Origin: an uncultured virus (IMG/VR IMGVR_UViG_3300020048_000028)
Lineage: Duplodnaviria; Heunggongvirae; Uroviricota; Caudoviricetes
Length of the DNA stretch: 64,000 bases
IMG/VR virus record: IMGVR_UViG_3300020048_000028
Strand: one strand, 5' to 3'
Made by a program: the position numbers and the translations under genes. Positions 57,247 to 64,000 of the stretch are shown piece after piece. How positions within the stretch are numbered: position 1 is the first letter of the stretch; every line of letters begins with the position of its first letter. Below the pieces are notes generated by a model. That model was not told where the DNA came from, did not search any database, and worked only from the letters and a program-made list of their open reading frames with translations.

Positions 57247-58956
57247 ATGGTTAATATAAGTAAAAAAAATAAAGAGCTTTACAATTTAGGTAAAGGAGAT
57301 AATTTAATACAGTTTGATTTATCAAACCCTACAACTTCGGATGTTACTTATGATTTATTTAATACAACTACGTTGAGTCTTGTGCCAACGGTGGCTAATC
57401 CTGTTGTTGCTCCGAGTGTTGTTAGTGCTAATGTTCCTGTTGGAACAGCTCCCGAAGGAATTGCTTTTAATCCTATTAGTAATACTATGTATGTTTGTAA
57501 TAATGCTACAAATGATATATCTGTTATAGATTGTAATACGAATAGCGTTATTTTTACTATACTAATAGCTTCAGCTCCTCAAGCTATATCTTATTGTTCT
57601 GCAAATAATACAATGTATATTGGTACTAATATTGGTTCAGTTATTGTGATAGATTGTGATGCCAATACTGTTATAGCTACTATATTGAATGGTGGAGTAG
57701 GATTAGCTTATAATCCGATTAATAATAGTATGTACGGTTGTAGTAGTATATTTGGATACATTTCTGTTATTAATTGTAATACAAACACATTTACTACTAT
57801 TGCAGTAGTTTTAAACCCAATTAATATATCTTATAATTCTTTGAGTAATACAATGTATTATACATCAACATTAGCTGTTGTAATTATAGATTGTAATACA
57901 AATACTATTATAGGCTCTCCTATAATAATAGGTTCTTATTTTATAACATATAATTCATTAAACAATTCTATGTATATTAGTAATACTCCATTATTAAGTA
58001 TATCTGTTATAGATTGTAATACTAATACTGTAATATTAACAATACCAACTACGGGTGCTATTGTCGCATTAACTTATCTTCCATTAACAAATAATATATA
58101 TTTCTGTAACTTTACAGTTAATTCAATAGATGTTATAGATTGTAATACTAATACTGTAATTAATACAATACCTATTGGTGGTTTTCCTTTTGATATAGCT
58201 TACAATTTTCTAAGTAATACTGTTTATAATACTAATGTAGGTGGAAGTACAGTTTCCGTAATCTCTCCATTAATTCCTCAAGTATCATATATCGGAGGTT
58301 CATTTGATTATAACGCATTTATTCAAGATGTTATAAACAATCCTGTTGGAGTAGATAGAATGGTTATTGTATCTCAAAACAACGGAAACTTTAATCAGGT
58401 TCTTAATGTGGTTTACAAAGATGCTAATGGTATTGAAACACAAAATCCATTCATACCAAGTTTATCAGTAGGAACAAGTCAGTTTCAAAGTGGTATCGGT
58501 AAAGTTGATTTTCCTAATTCAGAATTAGTATTAGGAGTTAATCAGTATTTGTCAAACTTTTTAGTTAAAGCTAATAGCGAAGTAAAAGTTCTTTTAATAT
58601 ATAAACAATTAGAGAAGTCTAAATTGCTATCTGACAAAAAAGGTATGTTCGGAAGATTAGAGATTAAGTGTAATCCTATTCAAACATTGAAGCCTAATAG
58701 TGATGCTCCATTTGATTATTTTCCTATTATACCTATAATACCTACTAAGCCTTCTATAAGACCTTTTAGTATTAGAGATATAGTTCCCGATGTGAAAATT
58801 AACGTTAATCCCGATATTAGAACTAATGTTAAGCCCGATGTGAAAATTAACGTTAAGCCTGATATTAGAACTGACGTTAAGCCCGATGTGAAAACTAATG
58901 TTAGGACTGACGTTAAGCCCGATGTAAAAGTGGAAATTAAACCTTTTAGAAATTAA
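57247..58956 (+). CDS. capsid-paralogue domain split by a YVTN-like beta-propeller
   Basis: ~42-aa YNxxxNTMY...VIDCNTNTV repeats between the N-terminal strands and the KDANG/QFQS core; KPDVK tail repeats. Confidence 0.7.
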   Translation: MVNISKKNKELYNLGKGDNLIQFDLSNPTTSDVTYDLFNTTTLSLVPTVANPVVAPSVVSANVPVGTAPEGIAFNPISNTMYVCNNATNDISVIDCNTNSVIFTILIASAPQAISYCSANNTMYIGTNIGSVIVIDCDANTVIATILNGGVGLAYNPINNSMYGCSSIFGYISVINCNTNTFTTIAVVLNPINISYNSLSNTMYYTSTLAVVIIDCNTNTIIGSPIIIGSYFITYNSLNNSMYISNTPLLSISVIDCNTNTVILTIPTTGAIVALTYLPLTNNIYFCNFTVNSIDVIDCNTNTVINTIPIGGFPFDIAYNFLSNTVYNTNVGGSTVSVISPLIPQVSYIGGSFDYNAFIQDVINNPVGVDRMVIVSQNNGNFNQVLNVVYKDANGIETQNPFIPSLSVGTSQFQSGIGKVDFPNSELVLGVNQYLSNFLVKANSEVKVLLIYKQLEKSKLLSDKKGMFGRLEIKCNPIQTLKPNSDAPFDYFPIIPIIPTKPSIRPFSIRDIVPDVKINVNPDIRTNVKPDVKINVKPDIRTDVKPDVKTNVRTDVKPDVKVEIKPFRN

Positions 58957-58963
58957 ATAAGTA

Positions 58964-60853
58964 ATGATAAGCAAAAAAAATAAAGAGCTTTACGATTTAG
59001 GTAAAGGAGATAATTTAATACAATTTGATTTATCAAACCCTACGACTTCGGATGTTACTTATGATTTATTTAATACAACTACGTTAAGTATTGTGCCAAC
59101 GGTGGCTAATCCTGTTGTTGCTCCTACTGTGGTTAGTGCTACTATTACTGTTCCTGCTCAACCTTTTAAGTCAGTATTTAATTCTATAAATAATACAATT
59201 TATGTTTTAAATGTTCCTTTAAATAATGTAAATGTTATAGATTGTGTTTCAAATTTAGTAATAGGTTCAGCTATACCTGTTGGTACAAATCCTCAAGATG
59301 GAGCTTTTTGTTCTGCAAATAATACAGTATATATAGCAAACATTAACTCATCAGATATTTCTGTAATAAATTGTTTAACTAATACAGTAATTGCAACTAT
59401 ACCACTTCCTGTTTTTCCTAATGGAATAGCATATAATTCTTTAAACAATAGTATGTATATTACTAATCAATTTACTAATAATATTTATGTAATAGATTGT
59501 AATACTAATGCTATATCAGTAGTCATTCCAATTCCAACAGGTTCTAATAATATAGAATATAATACATTAAATAACTCAATGTATGTTATTGGGCAACCAA
59601 ATAGTTCATTACAAGTTATAGACTGTAATACAAATACTTTTACCACATCAATATTATTAGGTTCTTCGGGAAATAATTTAGCGTATAATTCTTTAAGTAA
59701 TACAATGTATGTTCCGAGATTACCTGCTAATGTGGTTGTAATAGTTGATTGTAATACTAATTCTGTTGTTGGTAATATATCAATTAATTCTCCTTTTGCA
59801 ATAGCTTATGATTCACTTACTAATACAATGTATGTTACGAGGTTAGTTGCAGGTACGGTTCGTTTAATAGATTGCAATATTAATGCAATTATAGCAGTAA
59901 TATCTACGGGTGCATTTCCTACCGATGTAATTTTTAATTATTTGAATAACAGTATTTATGTTACTGATAGTGCTACAAATAATATTTCCGTAATATCTCC
60001 ATTAATCCCTCAAGTATCATATATAGGAGGTTCATTTGATTATAACGCATTTATTCAAGATGTTATAAACAATCCTGTTGGAGTAGATAGAATGGTTATT
60101 GTATCTCAAAACAACGGAAACTTTAATCAGGTTCTTAATGTGGTTTACAAAGATGCTAATGGTATTGAAACACAAAATCCATTCATACCAAGTTTATCAG
60201 TAGGAACAAGTCAGTTTCAAAGTGGTATCGGTAAAGTTGATTTTCCTAATTCAGAATTAGTATTAGGAGTTAATCAGTATTTGTCAAACTTTTTAGTTAA
60301 AGCTAATAGCGAAGTAAAAGTTCTTTTAATTTATAAACAATTAGAGAAGTCTAAATTGCTATCTGATAAAAAAGCAATGTGTGGAAGATTAGAAATTAAG
60401 GGCAATCCACTACAAACATTTAATCCAACAAATCACGATGCTCCATTTGATTATTTTCCTATAATACCTATAAAACCTACTAAGCCTTCTATAAGACCTT
60501 TTAGTATTAGAGATATAGTTCCTACTAAGCCTATTAAAGATTTACCTATTAGACCAACTAATGTTAAACCCGATGTTAAAGTAGATGTTAAGCCTGATAT
60601 TAGAACTAATGTTAAACCCGATGTTAAAGTAGATATAAAGCCTGATGTGAAAACAGATACAACGCCTTCAATAAAGCCACTTACAGTAAGTTATTTTAGT
60701 ATCTATGGTGGTGGAGGTAAAAGAGATATTACTTGCGGTGCTTGTGAATGGTCATGGAATAGAAATGAAAGTGATGCAGATGATGTTTACGTCTGTCATA
60801 AATGTGGATACGATAATCAAAAAATATATGAAAATGAAAAATTCAGAGTATAG
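58964..60853 (+). CDS. second capsid-paralogue/beta-propeller protein with C-terminal Zn ribbon
   Basis: Near-identical flanks to 57247, divergent propeller; CGAC...CHKC. Confidence 0.7.
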   Translation: MISKKNKELYDLGKGDNLIQFDLSNPTTSDVTYDLFNTTTLSIVPTVANPVVAPTVVSATITVPAQPFKSVFNSINNTIYVLNVPLNNVNVIDCVSNLVIGSAIPVGTNPQDGAFCSANNTVYIANINSSDISVINCLTNTVIATIPLPVFPNGIAYNSLNNSMYITNQFTNNIYVIDCNTNAISVVIPIPTGSNNIEYNTLNNSMYVIGQPNSSLQVIDCNTNTFTTSILLGSSGNNLAYNSLSNTMYVPRLPANVVVIVDCNTNSVVGNISINSPFAIAYDSLTNTMYVTRLVAGTVRLIDCNINAIIAVISTGAFPTDVIFNYLNNSIYVTDSATNNISVISPLIPQVSYIGGSFDYNAFIQDVINNPVGVDRMVIVSQNNGNFNQVLNVVYKDANGIETQNPFIPSLSVGTSQFQSGIGKVDFPNSELVLGVNQYLSNFLVKANSEVKVLLIYKQLEKSKLLSDKKAMCGRLEIKGNPLQTFNPTNHDAPFDYFPIIPIKPTKPSIRPFSIRDIVPTKPIKDLPIRPTNVKPDVKVDVKPDIRTNVKPDVKVDIKPDVKTDTTPSIKPLTVSYFSIYGGGGKRDITCGACEWSWNRNESDADDVYVCHKCGYDNQKIYENEKFRV

Positions 60854-61160
60854 TGAAGCATTGGTAAATGCTCCTGAGTGGATTAAATTAGCTTGGGTTG
60901 AATACAACAAAATGGGAGAAGAATATATGAATAAGAATCCGTTCTTATGGTTTGTATTAGGAGATGGAAAAGGAACTCCTCCATATAAAGCTTCTAAGAA
61001 ATCTTCAAAGTATGTCGACCCTACCCCTTATCCTAATTTGTATTGTGCGAATTGTAAATTCTATTATGTTCAGCCTTTAAGGAAAGTTGGATTGTGTTCA
61101 TGGATTAGAGGTCAAGTTGATGCAGACGCTTTTTGTAAATTTTGGAAAGGTCTTAAATAA
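60828..61160 (+). CDS. HiPIP-like 4-Cys protein
   Basis: Y...CANCKFY...C..I.G.V....FCKFW; start ATG 60828 or 60834. Confidence 0.55.
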   Translation: MKMKNSEYSEALVNAPEWIKLAWVEYNKMGEEYMNKNPFLWFVLGDGKGTPPYKASKKSSKYVDPTPYPNLYCANCKFYYVQPLRKVGLCSWIRGQVDADAFCKFWKGLK

Positions 61161-61170
61161 TAATAATAAT

Positions 61171-61761
61171 ATGAAATTAGTAAAAAGGGTTTTTTATTTT
61201 ATTGTATTTATTTTAATAACGGGTTCTTCGATAATCCCTATTTTAATTTTTTTTAGCTCTTTTAAATTAAATGATGATTTAAAAGATAGAACTCCTGTTA
61301 GGTTATTAAAAGATGCTGAATCGAAAAAAATATATTGGACTCCTAAGACAGTTAGTATTTCTTATTTAAGTGCCTTTGTTCAAAATTATCCAAAAGAAAA
61401 ATCTTTTAATAAAAATATTAGATTCGGATATGAGTTTAATTGCTATGAATTAACTTGCTTAGTTAAGAGTTATAGTATAGATGCCGATGGAGATTATAAT
61501 TTAGTATTAATGGATATAAGAGATACTTCAAAAACTATTAACGCTGAATTAGTAAATCCTGAAAGTAATAGCCAAGCTAAAAAAAGTAATTTTGTAAATT
61601 CTTTTTCTCAAACTATGATTGAGTTTAATAAATACTTAAAAAAAGATAGCACTCTTTCATACGCATCTTTTAATGTAATCGGAGTTGCTTTTTTTAATTC
61701 TGATAATAAAATTGAATTAAGTCCTTTAATGGATTTTCAGATTAAAGAAAAATTAAGATAA
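61171..61761 (+). CDS. N-terminal TM protein with possible OB-fold
   Basis: ATG 61171; TM; DADGDYNLVL...INAEL...IELSP. Confidence 0.5.
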   Translation: MKLVKRVFYFIVFILITGSSIIPILIFFSSFKLNDDLKDRTPVRLLKDAESKKIYWTPKTVSISYLSAFVQNYPKEKSFNKNIRFGYEFNCYELTCLVKSYSIDADGDYNLVLMDIRDTSKTINAELVNPESNSQAKKSNFVNSFSQTMIEFNKYLKKDSTLSYASFNVIGVAFFNSDNKIELSPLMDFQIKEKLR

Positions 61762-62480
61762 TGACACTACAAGAGCAAATAAAGAATAAAATAGCAAATG
61801 AAATAGAAGATTTTAAAAAGACTTTAAAGCCTGATGAGATAGCTACGTCTGTTGCTGACTTCAATCCTAAAAAGACTAAGTTGATTGATTTTAATATTGA
61901 TTTTGAATTTGCTGAAATAATAGATTTAGGTACGATTGAGGCTATTAATGGAAATGCTGATTTTGGTGGTAGTAAAGTTGAAAATTTAGGCAATCTGACA
62001 AGTATTGGAGGATTTGCTAATTTTGAAAATAGTCAAGTAAAAGATTTAGGTAATCTAACAACTATTGGTAGTATTGGAGGATTTGCTAATTTTGAAAATA
62101 GCCAAGTTGAAAATTTAGGCAATCTAACAACTATTAGAGGAGATGCTTATTTTGGTAATAGTCAAATTAAAAATTTAGGTAATCTAACAAGTATTGGCGG
62201 AGCTGCTTATTTTGAAGATAGTAAAGTTGAAAATTTAGGCAATCTATCTTATATTGGGGGGAATATATATGCAAAGGGAAACAAATTAACCAAAGAGCAA
62301 GTTGAGCAGCATATAAAAAATATAAATGCAATTAATCTTATTAGAAAAGGATTGTACTATATTTCAAACGGAGAGGTTTTTATTAAACGAAATGATGTTG
62401 AAGTAAAAAAAGTAGATTATAAACATTTTTTCATCAGAGATTTGAAATTCAATGATAACGGAACAATAGCATTAAGATAA
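61761..62480 (+). CDS. LRR-like solenoid protein, array copy 1
   Basis: 22-aa LGNLTxIGGxAxFxxSxV repeats. Confidence 0.8.
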   Translation: MTLQEQIKNKIANEIEDFKKTLKPDEIATSVADFNPKKTKLIDFNIDFEFAEIIDLGTIEAINGNADFGGSKVENLGNLTSIGGFANFENSQVKDLGNLTTIGSIGGFANFENSQVENLGNLTTIRGDAYFGNSQIKNLGNLTSIGGAAYFEDSKVENLGNLSYIGGNIYAKGNKLTKEQVEQHIKNINAINLIRKGLYYISNGEVFIKRNDVEVKKVDYKHFFIRDLKFNDNGTIALR

Positions 62481-63397
62481 TGACACAGGAAGAAATAAAA
62501 ATAAATATAGAAAATCAAATAGAGGATTTTAGGAAAACCTTAAAACCTGATGAGATAGCTGAGTCTGAACAAGACTTCAATCCAAAAAAAACTAAATTGA
62601 TTTATTTTAATGTTAATTTTGAATTTACTAAAATAACAGATTTAGGTACGCTTGAAGTGATTGATGGATACGCTGATTTTAAAAACAGTAAAATAAAAAA
62701 TTTAGGCAATCTAAAAATTATTGGTGGATATGTTAGTTTTAGCAATAGTGAAATATTTGATTTGGGTAAATTAAAAAGTGTTCAATCTGATGTTTATTTA
62801 ACAGATAGTAAAGTAACTAATTTAGGTAATCTGACAACTATTGGGGGTGATATTAGTTTTAGATATATAACTAATTTAGGTAATCTAACGACTATTGGTA
62901 GTTATGCTTCTTTTCATGGAAGTAAAGTAACTGATTTAGGTAATATAAGAATTATTGGCGGAGGTTGTCGCTTTCAGGATAGTGAAGTAATAAGTTTAGC
63001 TAATCTAAAATTTATTGGTAAAAATGCTGATTTTACAGATAGTAAAATAAAAAATCTTGGTAATTTAACGACTATTGTTGGAGAAGCTGCTTTTGAAAAT
63101 AGCCAAGTTGAAAATTTAGGCAATCTATCTTACATCGGAGGAAATATAAGTGCAAACGGAAATAAATTAACCAAAGAACAAGTTGAGCTGCATATAAAAA
63201 AGATGAATGCAATTAATATCATCAAAAAAGGGTTATATTATATTTCAAAAGGAAAAATTTTTATGCAGCCAAGAGAAGGAGAATGGGGATTTACGCTTGG
63301 TAAATCCATAAATCGTTTTTCCCTTTCGAGTAAGGGTAGGGATTTTTTAATTAGGGATTTGAAATTCAATGATAACGGAACAATAGCATTAAGATAA
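62480..63397 (+). CDS. LRR-like solenoid protein, array copy 2
   Basis: Same repeats; conserved termini. Confidence 0.8.
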   Translation: MTQEEIKINIENQIEDFRKTLKPDEIAESEQDFNPKKTKLIYFNVNFEFTKITDLGTLEVIDGYADFKNSKIKNLGNLKIIGGYVSFSNSEIFDLGKLKSVQSDVYLTDSKVTNLGNLTTIGGDISFRYITNLGNLTTIGSYASFHGSKVTDLGNIRIIGGGCRFQDSEVISLANLKFIGKNADFTDSKIKNLGNLTTIVGEAAFENSQVENLGNLSYIGGNISANGNKLTKEQVELHIKKMNAINIIKKGLYYISKGKIFMQPREGEWGFTLGKSINRFSLSSKGRDFLIRDLKFNDNGTIALR

Positions 63398-64000
63398 TGA
63401 CACAGGAAGAAATAAAAATAAATATAGAAAATGAAATAGAAGCTTTTAAAAAGACTTTAAAGCCTGATGAGATAGCTGAGTCTGTTGATGACTTCAATCC
63501 TAAAAAGACTAAGTTGATTGATGGATACGCCAATTTTGAAAATAGTAAAATAGAAGATTTAGGCACACTTGAGGCTATTGGAGGATTTGCTAATTTTGAA
63601 GATAGCCAAGTTAAAAATTTAGGCAATCTAACAACTATTGGAGGAGATGCTTATTTTCAAAATAGTCGTATTAAAAATTTAGGTAATCTAACAACTATTG
63701 GAGGATATGCTGATTTTGGAAACAGTAAAGTAGAAAATTTAGGCAATCTAACAATTATTGGTGGAACTGCTATTTTTTATCATAATACTAAAATAAAGGA
63801 TTTAGGGAATCTAAAAAGTATTGGCGAAAGTGCTAATTTTGTAGGTACTGAAGTAACAGATTTAGGCAATCTAACAAGTATTGGTAAAAATGCTAATTTT
63901 AATTATAGTCAAGTAACAGATTTGCGTAATCTATCTTATATCGGAGGAGATATATTAGCAAACGGAAATAAATTAACCAAAGAGCAAATCGAGCTTCATT
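63397..64000 (+). CDS. LRR-like solenoid protein, array copy 3 (runs off the window)
   Basis: MTQEEIKINIENEIEAFKKTLKPDEIAES..., open to the end of the window. Confidence 0.8.
   Translation, partial: MTQEEIKINIENEIEAFKKTLKPDEIAESVDDFNPKKTKLIDGYANFENSKIEDLGTLEAIGGFANFEDSQVKNLGNLTTIGGDAYFQNSRIKNLGNLTTIGGYADFGNSKVENLGNLTIIGGTAIFYHNTKIKDLGNLKSIGESANFVGTEVTDLGNLTSIGKNANFNYSQVTDLRNLSYIGGDILANGNKLTKEQIELH

Noticed and set aside
61761..64000. Diversity-generating retroelement
   Set aside because: No reverse transcriptase in the window, and differences between copies are not obviously confined to adenines.

Overview
AT-rich, gene-dense viral DNA with no cellular housekeeping genes. It is most plausibly part of a large bacteriophage of a Bacteroidota host: there are TAnnTTTG/TTTG promoter elements, A-rich leaders without Shine-Dalgarno sequences, a SusC-type N-terminal domain, and four peptidoglycan hydrolases. 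Layout: (1) 0.7-6.8 kb, an HD protein, an ART-like protein and a glycosylation/sulfation cluster (GT2 x3, sulfotransferase, CysC, HxGH nucleotidyltransferase) with an XRE HTH gene; (2) a divergent promoter region; (3) a ~54 kb co-oriented morphogenesis block. That block starts with a putative beta-rich major capsid protein that has three paralogues (two with inserted beta-propellers). It also holds more than 30 single- or double-TM membrane proteins sharing short motifs (SNxxG, DxSNxxGLD(D/E)S, KILGMPK), four proteins built from modules separated by [YF]xxGG linkers and ending in a common KCFxxxYY domain, an HExxH metalloprotease, Gly-rich spike/fibre proteins and lysis genes; (4) an LRR-like paralogue array at the right end. 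No terminase, portal, HK97 capsid, tail tube/sheath or tape measure is recognisable. My best reading, which is inference, is a large tailless, lipid-containing virus with a protease-processed cargo polyprotein system. All family calls come from motif recognition by eye; no searches were run.
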